Shown one piece after another: positions 40,608 through 51,830 of a stretch of 64,000 nucleotides of DNA. Under the pieces are notes generated by a model. That model was given only the letters and a program-made list of their open reading frames with translations, was not told where the DNA came from and made no database searches. The position numbers and the translations under genes were made by a program. Within the stretch, counting starts at the first letter, position 1. Every line of letters begins with the position of its first letter. Where the stretch lies: positions 4,586,093 to 4,650,092 of the forward strand of contig MU058687.1 of NCBI GenBank assembly GCA_013265495.1, written 5' to 3'. The stretch is from Vicugna vicugna. Lineage: Eukaryota.

Positions 40608-41180
40608 ATTCATTAATGCAGCAAACATTTAACTGAGCTTCTACTATGCACCAGCTACTCTTCTCCATACAGAAGATATCAGGAAGACCAAGACAAAGGA
40701 CCAGCTTGCAGGGAGCTTACAGTCTTTTTAAGGAGATAGACTATGAACAAATACAGGTAAGATAATTTCAGAAAGTGGAGAGTGCTGTGAAGGAAAAAGA
40801 ACAAGGTAATGGGATAAAGTGCCTTTCGGAGGCGGTGGCAGCTAACTTTAGATGAGGGCCAGAGAGGGCCTCTGAGGAGGTGACATCGAAAATGAACCAA
40901 TCATATGAAAGTCTTAGGGAAAAGTGTTCCTGAGAAGAGGGGTCCGCAAGTACCAAGGCCTTGGGTTGGGAAAGAACTTGGCACATTCAGAGAGCAAAAA
41001 GAGGGTCTGGGAGCCTGGAGGGTAGTGAGTAAGGGGTCATCTGACAGAAGATGGAGTTGGAGAATTGGGTATAAGCCAGGTCACCTCAGTCTCTCTAAGG
41101 CCACAATGCAGGGTCACTAAATCCAAAATGCAGTGGGAATCCATCTGGAGGGCAAAATCAAGGAGTGGTTGGATTGCATG
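40608..41180 (-). mobile_element. L2 3' fragment
   Basis: ATTCATTAATGCAGCAAACATTTAACTGAGCTTCTACTATGCACCAG...AGAGAGGGCCTCTGAGGAGGTGACAT. Confidence 0.75.
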
Positions 41181-42199
41181 GCAATTACCTCCCTTAAGGG
41201 AGGATGCTTAAGATACTAATTTTTTTTTCTCATTTTTGTACTAAATAGAAGCCTGAGACCCTAAACATGTACTTAACCTCCTTGGAGCTTTGGCTTATTT
41301 TTCTATTAAACAAAAAGTGTTGTCACCCTATGTCAGATGCTATGCCAGATTCTGTGTATACATTATCTCATTTAATACTCCATTAATACATGAGGAGAGG
41401 CATTATTCACATTTTACAGAGGAGGAAATGGGTTTAAATTGAGTCTCCATAAACCGCCCCTCTCTCTTGTTGTGGTGTACCTGGGTACACGTTGCCAGTT
41501 TAAAACACTGTGTCTGTGGGCTGCCACTCAAAGGAAGGACCTTGAACGAGGGCCATCCTGGGAGGCTGTGGATCTTGGAGCACCCTCACAGCTGAGCGCC
41601 AGCGCAGTTGGGATGACTCTGCACTATTTACCGCGGGCGCTTGGATCTTTGGGAGAACACCAGTTTCATAACCAAAGTACTAAGTCACCATCATAGATTC
41701 TGAAATGGACTTGATATTTGACCTTGAAGGCAAGTCGTTCATAGGTTTGATATCTTTATCTGTTAGAGAGACGTGTAATACTAACTTCTTCCACATCTCC
41801 GTGAGGAGCCCCAAGAATGAACAGGACTGTTTTAATCCCTGTTCTTTATTCTCATTCAGGGGTTTGAAATGTTTACGGAGAGCAGGAGGATAATAGGTGC
41901 TATAGGCTTGTTTTTAAAAAAGAAATGCCATGTACATATGCTTTAACCAGCAAGTAGTATTGCCTCACCTCTCCCCCTCCAACCCCCCAGAAATACAGTG
42001 TGCTTTTTTTAACCAAGGTGATTGGGAAAGAGGGAGTCAGAGCTAGCAAGACACGGAGGTTTAGGAGGGGTACCTGTTGGGTTTCTGAATCCTGCTCAAC
42101 AAAGTGGTGAGGAGAAGTTGGGGGTGGAGGGAGGCTGGAATGCAGGCTGCCTCATCCGGAATGTCAGCGTTCCCTGGCAAAGCCCGGGGTCAGCTTCCT

Positions 42200-43360
42200 C
42201 CTGGAGTAACAGATGGCCACAACGGGCGCGCCAAGCTTCTTCCTGCCACTCCGCTCTCCCCTGCAGGTTCAGCCTGGATGTAAAAGCTGCTCTCTGTTTA
42301 GTGCCCAGCGTCCTGGAAGCCCGGAAGCTTCACCCACCTGGGGCAGTGCCTCTAAAGCCAGCACAGGACAGGCCAGCCACCCTCTTTTTCTCCAGCAGAC
42401 GCAGTCCTCACTCCTTCTGAAGTTCTTTGACCAGGTCGACCAGCAAGGGCGCTAACCTCTGGGTCCTGAATTCCAAGAGCATCCTGTCCACCTTCTCGAA
42501 GGGCCTCCAGCCATCAAACCTTTCACCCTCCGGAATGTCCAGGCCACCTCTCCACCTTCAGGAGAGCCGGGACGTGGGTTCCCGCCACTCGTCCCACGGG
42601 TGGGCCCTGGGCATCTTTACCCCCAGAGAGGCACACGCCCCGGAGAGTGGCTGCGCGGTGCTGACCACCAGGGCGGGGGAGCTTACGTGCGGCACTACCG
42701 CTCGCAGCGGCCCCAGCGCACCTGCTGACGCAAGGGGTTTATTTTTATTTCTATTGGGGGCTACTTCAGCCTTTGTCGCCGCCTGCATTTTTTTCTTCCC
42801 CAGTTGCCCGAGTATGGCTTAATGCGCCTGGGAGAGGAGAAGGGGCAGGGTGATCAAAAGGCGCAGCGTCCGTCTGTCCGTCTGACACAGACACGCGAGC
42901 GTGCCCACTCGCGCTGGAAGGGAACGGAGCGTGAGGAGGATGAGGGGTGTGCGCGGGAGGCTCGCGCGGGTGTAGACGAGGGAGCGTGCACTTGAATGGG
43001 GAGGGCCGGGATTCCGGGCCGCTCGGGCCCCTCCTTCCTCCGGAGCCAGCCAGTCCCTCGGCAGAGCTCTCGGGCTGCACTGATTTGCTCTCGGGAGTGC
43101 GCTATTTGCATATGACTTGCCCATTTGTGAATCTGGCTCCCCAACTCCTCGCTTCACTTCACCTGTGCCTCCCAGTTCCGCGCACTTTGCAGGCGCCCGC
43201 CCGCCTCGTGGCCACCGCTGCCGCCTGCCGGGCACCTCCTCTCGCGCTCTCCCTGCTCGCCCACCCACCTCCCTCCGCCCCGTGCCACGTTGGTTTGGGT
43301 GGCTGCTCCGCGCCGGCTTCCTCCTCCTCTCCTCTTTCGTCCTTCTTGTTCCCTTCCTTC

Positions 43361-43393
<33 letters not shown>

Positions 43394-43800
43394 TGCTTCT
43401 GCTTTTCATCCAGTTGGGAAACCCAGGACGCACGGCAGCTACTCCGTGGCGCTGGTCCAGAACGCGCAGGGTTAACAGCCTCGGCGCCCTTCCACAGCGA
43501 CTCCGAGGAACACGCGAAGAACTCTCCCACCTGCAGCCCCCTGTTGCCTGACAGTTCTGCATTGCATCGCATGGAAGTGGAAAAAGAAAAAAAAAATGTT
43601 CAAACTGCTTGGATGTTGGGATAAACTAACCTGAACCTACTTGGGTCTCCTGCTGCCTCCTCCTCTTTCTTCATTTCCACCTTTTCTCTGTGTGGCTTCC
43701 CGGAGTGTGCAGTTAAGTCATCAGACCTGAGGTGTTCAGAGACCAGGAGGAGCTGCGCCGGGCCTCCCCTGACATGCGTGGCTTTCCGGGGCTCCCGAGG
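42200..43800 (+). promoter_or_regulatory. NRXN3: CpG island / internal promoter of NRXN3-beta
   Basis: Abrupt rise in GC and CpG density against an AT-rich CpG-depleted background, directly upstream of the beta exon. Contains GC box GGGCGGGG (42671), TACGTG (42684), TGACGCAA (42726) and octamer ATTTGCAT (43104). Boundaries approximate. Confidence 0.88.
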
Positions 43801-44061
43801 AGGGTTGCAATACCTGGGTGGACTTTGGCATCTTAAATTTCAGCCCCAGGAAAGGAAAGCTTTTCTCTTATTTTTTTTTTTTTAAGTAGTATCTCTTTTT
43901 TAACCCCATCATCTTTCTTGAAAGCGCTTATTCCTTCCCTCTTTCCAAAATTTGGGCAAGTCTTCCTCCTGCTATGATGGGCCCCTGGGCATCATGAACT
44001 TAATTATCCTCCACTGGCTGGAATTCAAACTGCCCATCTGTGGTGGTCCAGTGCGTTGACC
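43150..44061 (+). other. NRXN3: Probable long 5'UTR of NRXN3-beta (TSS position not determinable from sequence)
   Basis: Continuous repeat-free sequence between the CpG-island core and ATG 44062. Contains uATGs at 43571, 43596, 43613, 43774, 43974, 43977 and 43994. The 5' limit is a guess. Confidence 0.6.
43362..43391 (+). repeat. (GCT)10 / CTG-CAG trinucleotide repeat in the NRXN3-beta leader
   Basis: Ten perfect GCT units followed by degenerate CCT GCT TCT GCT. Confidence 0.95.
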
Positions 44062-44305
44062 ATGCACCTGAGAATCCACGCGAGACGGAACCCTCCTCGC
44101 CGGCCAGCCTGGACGCTTGGAATCTGGTCCCTCTTCTGGGGATGTATCGTCAGCTCTGTGTGGAGTTCCTCTAATGTAGCTTCCTCCTCCTCCTCTTCTT
44201 CGCCGGGGTCTCACTCTCAGCACGAGCACCATTTCCATGGCAGCAAGCATCACTCAGTGCCTATTTCTATCTATCGCTCCCCTGTTTCCCTTCGAGGAGG
44301 GCACG
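44062..44305 (+). CDS. NRXN3: Neurexin-3-beta specific first coding exon (signal peptide plus His-rich beta-specific N-terminus); 81 codons + 1 nt, phase-1 donor
   Basis: Translates [81 protein letters not shown], which I recognise as the NRXN3-beta N-terminus. ATG in accATG context at 44062. Donor ACG|GTGGGT at 44305/44306 falls where the known protein continues ...GGHAGATYIF in the next shared exon, which is not in this window. Confidence 0.96.
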
Positions 44306-47300
44306 GTGGGTCTCTCTGCTCTTTATCCTTTTAATGGGGCATAGCGATTCCTTAACCCACTCACCTTTCAGGTAATGTTAAGGATGGGAAGAGAATTAAA
44401 AAAAATGAATTTAAAATAATAAAAAGCATTGCATGTGCAGGAGGGAAGAAAATGTCCAATTTCTCTTAAAAGGCTAATGTTTTCTGCCCCAGTCCCCTCA
44501 CTTCCTCTAATGGGTTCTCCTCTCCTCAGCTCCCTTATTCATAGCTGCACAAGCACCACATTCTCCCCTTTGCAACCTTCTGCCTCCTTCACTCCCTGTA
44601 ATGGCAGACAACTCATCAGATAAGTCTCCCCATGCTGCACTTTTGAGAATTCATTCATTCACCTTGCTGTCCCTCTTCTCTCTGATCTTGTTTGGGAGCT
44701 AGTCGTGGGAAAATAGCAGACAGCAGGAATCCTTAGGTCTTCAGCCTAAAGTTGATTGAACTGCTATAAAGTGGCCTGTGTGGTAAAGGTTGGGGGGTGG
44801 GGGAGTGTAGCTGAGGGGAGGGAGGCAGAAAACATCATTAATAGCCAGTGATCATTGCTGTGCATTTGTTTGCTTTCTGTTTGTCCACATGTCGGATGGA
44901 GAGATCAGCTATTGTGAAAACTGTACATCTGATATCGCTGACTACCCAAGAGGAAGCAGTGGCTAAGATAAAGCAAAGTCCATTTACAATTCAGCCAAGT
45001 GTAAATGATTGCCAGTTCAGCTCCGCTGTTTCTGGAAATATTATTTCAATGAAAGGTAACATGGATAGGCTTGTTCACACAATACAAGTATGATGTATTT
45101 TGCTCCAAACGACCCTCCTTGCATAGATGTTGAAGGAAGAGATCTGTGGCTCTTAAAAGTCCATTCAGCTCTGAGCAGGCTGCCTCCGAAAGGGTGATGA
45201 TGTCTGCCGCTAAGGTAGGAGCTTGCTGTAGTAAGCTGTTCTACAGAAGGGAGCTTCATTATTTGTTTACTATACACTCTGCTCTGATGGTGAGGAGAGT
45301 AGGGATCACAGCCCGACTGCGGGAACAGCCCTCCAGGGAGGAGCGCGCGAGTGAAGCACACTAGAGGTCCCCTGCCCTGGCTTGTGTTCTGAAGACCTCT
45401 AACGCGCAGACCCCATCCTGAATGTCAGTTCTTCCCACAGCCTCCTAGCCCTGGGCTTCTGCTCTGTACTGTCTGTAGTGTTAAGTGGAAGCACACTGAG
45501 AAAATGCCAGCACGTACTCTGGCTCTTTCTGACTCTCTCTTTACATTTTATTTGATGGAGTTGTCAAGCAGCTCAGAGCTTCTAAGGCTGGTGGAGGGGG
45601 GTGGTGGGAAGGAGGGAATGCTTCATCTTGATCTGGTTGCTGTTTTCTCTGTGACTCCTGCTGGATCTGGTGTAGGCTTTCAAAAAAAAAAAAAAAAAAA
45701 CTAGGAGAGGAAAGAATCACAACCACCAAAAAAGCAAAAGCAATTTCATGGAAATAGTAACTGTTAGCTCTTAGGGAGGAAAGAGACTAGGAGTGGGGAT
45801 GGGATTGTAAAGGGTGGGAAAGAAAAAGCGGGGAGTGGGAGATGGAGGAAGCCAGACAGACCAATATTAATAGCCATAATTAAACATGGAAACACTCAGC
45901 GATAATTAGCTGAATTTTGCTAATTAGTGTAAATGATCAGCAGGGAGATGAAGATTATGCATTACTTAGAGGTTATAAGCTGACAAGGTCTGGAGGTTTT
46001 CTGTTCAGGATGTAAACAGTTAAAAGCAGCTACTAGTTAAGTGATGGAATTTGCAGAGCAATACTTTCCTGGGATTCCTAAGTCTGTCTGTCAGTCAGTC
46101 TCCCTCTCTGTCTCCGTCTCTGTTTCTCTCTCTTCCAAAGATGCAAAAGAGGCTGAGCCTCCCACAGTTCAAACACAACTCTTCTATTTACTTCATTTCT
46201 TCACTCATCAGTTTCTCAGTACCCTCTAAATCTTTTTAGCTGGTTTCTCATTAACCTGCATCTGATAAGATTCAGTCTGATGGGAAAGAATAAAGTAAGT
46301 AAATGACTAGAGACCCCAGAAAAGGCCCTCAGATCCACCAGAGCTGTAGAACATGGTGAACTTCTGCATTTGGCACGGCTAAGACAAGAAAGCTCATGAA
46401 ATCAACTCTTCAGTATCCTCTTTCAGTCCTGGAGTCCCATCCCATTGATTTGGGTTTGGAGAGTGAGTGCATCTATATTAAGCAGGCTCCTTGCATATTT
46501 AACTAATGTTTTTGAGCTTGAAATCCAGAGAAGCAGCAAACAACAAGATGCCCCAAACTCTGGCTTCAGTCCCATATCTAAGCAGCGTGTGACCTTTTCT
46601 TCCTGAAAAGACCAGGAGACCCCTCAGTGCTTTGTGAATGGTCCACTCCTTCTTATTTGGAGAACACTTGCTTTCCCCTAGTCTGAGACAAAAGCTTAGC
46701 TAACAGCCATTGTTTTAAAAAAAATCTTTTGGATGGAGGCTGTAGGAGGCATAGCACCATGAGACTAATGGCTATTACTAATAGTTTTCTGTCAACCTTA
46801 TTGCAGAGTTAAAAGCAACAGTTTCCATTGTCTGGGAAGAAGAAAATGCCCTTCATTCTGGTATAAATGGAAAGCTAGAACCTTGAGTCCAAGAACCTTC
46901 TTTGGATGGAAGAAACAGAAATCCTCCAAACAGTGTTCTTTTACCTATGCTTGGTCCTGATCTTTAAAAAATTAATTATGCATAGATTTGCCTAAAATCT
47001 TTATCCCAGGGCAGCCTAGAGCCAGCTGAGCTCCTTTATAAACTGGGGAGACTAGGACCACACCTGCCTCAAAATAGTCTCAGGTTAAGATTGTGTCTCC
47101 AGATAGAATTTAACTCTCTTCTTAGTTGGAGTCTAGTAAGTTTCTTTCCAGCGGTCAGTCCCTTTGCTTGGGCTCCCTGCTTCCTTTCATGTTCTCTTCT
47201 ATTGAATTAACATTTATTGGCTATTTACTATGTGCTGGGCTGTGTGTAACCCGCTAAGGATAGAAAACTAGATAAGTCATTGTATTGTTCATCAGGGGAG

Positions 47301-47861
47301 AATTTCAGGAGTATTTTGATCATCTGTGAAAGAGAAGCCCTTCTGTAAATTTTTTTTTAAAATGTGGGGGATGGAACAGGGATCCAGATACCCAACCAAA
47401 TTAATTAGTGTAAAATCTAAATATCCCTTATAAAATGCAGATTTACATTATTCTGTTACTTAAAATATCTCTATAGGTATTTCTTCATCCTCAACTTTAT
47501 TTCCATATTTAAATATCATGCTTATTGAAGCTCCTAGTTGTTTTAGTGGCATAGGATGGGAACATACTAAATTATGTTTGTTTACCAACCTTCAGTTTCA
47601 TAAGAGAGTTTTGTATATTTTTTTCCTTTCATCTGCTTTAAGAACTCAGTGTACATCCACCTAAAGAATGTCTTAATACTTAAAGTTTAGAAGAAGGGTT
47701 CTGTAAGGAGCCTAGGTTTAGTCTGTGCCTTTTATTTTTACCTTTTATAAAATAGCAGACCTTCCTGGCTCTTTAGGCATTTGGGGTAATTAGTTGAGAA
47801 CATAGAACTCAGTTTTAAAAGGGAACACACCACAATATCTATAGAGGAAAGTTGCTCAGAA

Positions 47862-47862
<1 letters not shown>

Positions 47863-47892
<30 letters not shown>
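47863..47892. repeat. (TG)15 microsatellite
   Basis: Direct reading. Confidence 0.95.
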
Positions 47893-47896
<4 letters not shown>

Positions 47897-48725
47897 CTCA
47901 TGCACCTGTAGGTGGGGCAACGTAAGTCTTCTTTGAATCATCTTAGCAAAAGTGGTGGTGGGCCCACCAGCGGCACATGAGCCAGGAGTCTTTCTTGTAA
48001 GAAATTATGCTGCTCGTTCATTGTCACAGAGAACTGCCTCTTAAGTTTTTCCAACCATGGGGCTTGTTTTGCTCTGATCTCTTGAGCACTTTCTTTTGTT
48101 CAGCTGGCTGCTTTCTAACCACTTTCTCTCCCTTCCTTCTTGGGATTCAGGTTGCTGAATAATTCATAGTGTTGGCTGACAGATAAAATGATAAAATTTA
48201 TATGTCTTTGGCCTTGGTGATGAATTAATTAAATTGGTTTCTCTTTCTCTCTCCCCTCTAGATGCATTGTTTGGCTTCTCTAAAATTTGCTGGCAAGTAG
48301 TGGGTCTGGAGATTAACTTGTTCTTGAAAGGCCACCATAGGAAGATTAGAATACCCTAGTGTAAATTTCTTCAGGACATTCAGCACGGACCGTTGTTGGG
48401 GGGAGGGTGGAAGTGAGGGTTGCCGTCTCATTGGGAGAAGAGACGAGACCACTGCAACAATTCCTTTCGGGGGAAAAACAAAAACCAAAAAACAAAACAA
48501 CAAAAAGAAATCCTTCAGCAAACTGGCTACTGGCTGGAATCAGCAGTAAGAACTTTACTGCTTTATTGTCTGATTTTGAATCTGGAAGAGGTAACATACT
48601 CTACTTTATATTTTGGTAAATGAATCTATCAGATCTCAGAAATCTTGCTTCCCTAGGACCCTGTGTGATCTGAGAGGGAGGCAAATCTCTGGAGATGAAA
48701 CTTGAACTTATTCAAACTTCCCTTC

Positions 48726-49131
48726 CTGTATTTGTTTGTCAGGGCTGCCATTAAAAAAAAAAAAAAATCAGAGACGAGATAGCTTAGCGGAAGTTTATTT
48801 TCTCACAGATCCGGAAGCTAGAGGTCCAGGATCACGGTGTTGGCGGACCTGGCTTCTGCTGAGGCTTCTCTCCTTGGCTTGTGGACGCCTCCTTCTCCTT
48901 GTGTCCTCACAGGGCCTTTCGCCTGAGTCTGTGCTTCCCGCTGTTTTCCTCGTGTGTCCATGTTTCCTCTTCTTATAAGGACACTGGTCAGGTTGTTAAA
49001 GTTTCACTCAGAGTCTCATTTTAACTTACCTCTTGAAAGGCCCTGTCTGCAGAAACAGCCCTATTGTGAAGTTCTGGGGGTCTGGGCTTCAGCATAGGAA
49101 TTTTGTGGGGACACAATTCAGCCCATAGCAC
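48726..49131. mobile_element. MLT1 (ERVL-MaLR) solo LTR
   Basis: TGTATTTGTTTGTCAGGGCTGCC...TTTATTTTCTCACAG...CTTCTTATAAGGACACTGGTCA...GGGGACACAATTCAGCCCATAGCA. Confidence 0.82.
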
Positions 49132-51629
49132 TCAGCCTCCTCCCCCAGGACCCAGTCATCAGGGAAGGAGTGAAAAGGTACTGTTGAGTGAATCTCTGTT
49201 GAACTCAAACTTTCACAGTGAAAAAAGAAAACCTTCAGTGACAGTGCAAGCAATTTACAAAATCAGTAAGACAGGGCCTCCTCAGGAAAAATCCTATTTA
49301 CATATATGGAGGAAACAACACTGGTAGATTCAGTTAAAACTTGCCTTCTCTTTCCTCTCCGTTTATCTGGTGTGACTGCGTGTCTACCTGGATGCACATG
49401 CAGGCTAATTCTGTCTGACCACGGCCCGTGCTCTGCAGACAAACTTTAATGCCCACCCTCTGCAGGTCTCTCTGTTAAGACCTGCTGCTGTTCCAGGCCA
49501 GACCCTCCTGCTCTCGCAGTGACTCCCTTTATGAACTACAGTGGCTCCCTCTTTTCCTTTCTCGAGACACATACCACCAACTCTTTTCACCTCTCATCCT
49601 TCAGTGAAGAAAAATCAGGTCTAATTCGAATAAATAACTCCCTTTTTGGCAGCTGAAAATTAGATCCTTCTAAAAAGTTTCAATTTCATTATTTTTCTGT
49701 TGGATTTTTTTCGTTTGGGGGTGAAAGTTTATTTTAAACACAAATATGAAGTAATAACCCTTGTACTCATGTAAGATGATTTAGAAAATGTGTGTTAATG
49801 TACATTGATACAAATCCTAAGCAAGGTGTTCAACTCTTCAGGGAAAGGAAATGAATTTTGTTGTTGGTGTTGTTCTTGTATTCACATATTTCTGACAAAT
49901 GATTGGGAGGATGTGTGTTAATAAGGATGGCACGTGGATATAATGGAGTTCTAATGGATAGTGCGGTGTTTGGTGGGGGCTGAGAGCCATCAACCACAAG
50001 ATCAGTGTTGGAGGAAATAGACCTCAGTCCTGTTCTGTCACTTAGGAACGTTGTGAGCCTGGATAAGTCACTTGGCTTGACTAACACTCAGTCTCTTCAT
50101 CTTTTAACTGGGAATTACAATAATAATACTTACCATCCACATGTCAAGAACTGTATGAGAAATTAAACAGATTGTGCTTTGGACACTGTAAACCACTGCG
50201 TGCAGGTTAAATTTTTTATGAGGAATATTCTAATGGTAATGCTCTTTAAGTTCTCTGTATGAAGTCCAGCTTCAGTGTTGACTATTTGCTGGCTGGTAGA
50301 CTGAGGTTAAGAACATTCATCTGCTAGCTCTCTTCACTTCCAGTCCGTAAGAACACTTTTTGCCTCCAAGCGGTACTTCATTTGCTTACTAGAAACACAG
50401 AGAAGAAAAATCTTTAACATGTACTTCCTTGTTCATGGCACTAAAGCATGTGTGGTCATCTTGTGACTTTTGATAACTGTCTTCTTTGGTCAAAATCCAG
50501 GCCAGGCAAATTTTAGCCTAGAATAACAAATTCTAGCACATCATTTAGAATCTCAGCGATGTCGTGAAGTGAAAGGGGAGAGAACTTCAGGAAATATTCT
50601 GAGACTATTTTAGAAATTTATAATCGGATCTCTTTTCTAGCAAACTTGTGCAGAATTTAAACATCCCTATGTGATGCTCAGTATCCAATAAAAACCAGCA
50701 TTTTAAAATCTAGTTTATACTAGGAAAAAACAGGTTTTTCGGGACAACTATTTTCAGACCTGGAAGTGGAGAATTTCTTTTAATGTTATTTCTGATGCTT
50801 TTACTTACCAGGACTCAAAGGTTATAGAGGAGATGAGGACGTATGATTATGACGGAACCCTTGGAGTTGACTTTGTGGATCTCAAATATAGAACTAGGAT
50901 TCTTACAGAAAGGACATTGTACCGGGTCCTAGTTATCTCCCTGACTAACTCTGTGATTTTGGATGTGACATTACTTCTTAAAATTGTATTAATCTTTTAA
51001 CATTTAGACATTCTATTGGATAGCTTGATCTTCAAATCTATCTTCTGTCTTCTACCTGTAGTTTTCTGTCTGGCATGGAGTGTGTTTGCATCTGAATACT
51101 GTAGCTGAGGAAAATTGTCTTTTTCATTTTTTCCTCATCTGTACAATATGATGGCTAAGCAAGGTTATCTCTCCAAATGGTTCTCAGCACCAGGACTGTG
51201 TGATTCTCCAATCTGGATGTCTTTAAAGACACCACTGTGTATCTTAGAGCTGCCTGAGTTCCACAGGTCTTGACAGTATTTTATAGGTCTATTGTCTTGA
51301 CTATGGTAATAACTTACGCCAAAGCCACAAGCCAGGTTTTCTCTTCTCCTCTCCAGCAGAAGCATCATAATGTACGAGAGTGGCCCACTGTGGTGTTACA
51401 AAGCCCGCAATCCAGCTTCACCGCAGACTCACGCAGAGACAGGAAGAACGCAGCTTTCATTTAAACACATCTTATTAATACTGGAAAAGAGCTCTGTTTA
51501 AAATGCTGTGCTGTGTTGAGCAGGGGGCAGAATAGCAACTGAGTTTATAAACAGCAAGTGGTTCATTTCTACTTACAGTTGGAGTTTTGAGAAGGACTTG
51601 CTCAGATCATAGGCCAACACATAATGCAC

Positions 51630-51830
51630 ACCTCCTGTGTACCGGGCTCTCTTCCAGTGCTTTGCATATGTGGTTTCATTTAATCCTCACCATCCTTTGA
51701 CCTTAATAAGGCTACTGCTGTTTCATAAATAAAAACAGTGAGACTCGGAGAGCTTAAGTGGCTTGACCAAAGTAGTATGGTGGGAGAGTCAGGATTCAAA
51801 CTCAGTTCTGACCACAACATTCTTAGCCTT
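51630..51830 (-). mobile_element. MIR SINE
   Basis: TTTCATTTAATCCTCAC...GAGACTCGGAGAGCTTAAGTGGCTTGACCAAAG...CAGGATTCAAACTCAG. Confidence 0.7.

Larger units (their letters stand above)
1..42199 (+). other. NRXN3: Part of the very large NRXN3-alpha intron that hosts the beta promoter
   Basis: Established neurexin gene structure (the beta promoter lies inside an alpha intron preceding the LNS6 exons). No LNS/EGF-coding ORFs are seen here. Confidence 0.75.

Noticed and set aside
42819..43624. Long overlapping ORFs (247, 225, 144, 137 aa) with poly-Ser/Cys/Leu/Gln tracts
   Set aside because: Expected stop-poor shadow ORFs of a GC-rich CpG island plus the CTG repeat. Low complexity, no recognisable domain.
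44056..44334. 92-aa ORF taken as a complete gene
   Set aside because: The track starts at TTG and runs through the donor. The true exon is ATG 44062 to 44305.
27110..51198. REST/RE1-like strings: TTCAGCACCAT (27110), GGTGCTGA (42657), TTCAGCACGGAC (48379), CTCAGCACCAGGACTG (51183)
   Set aside because: Only half-sites or wrong spacing; none matches the full 21-bp RE1. ChIP data would be needed.
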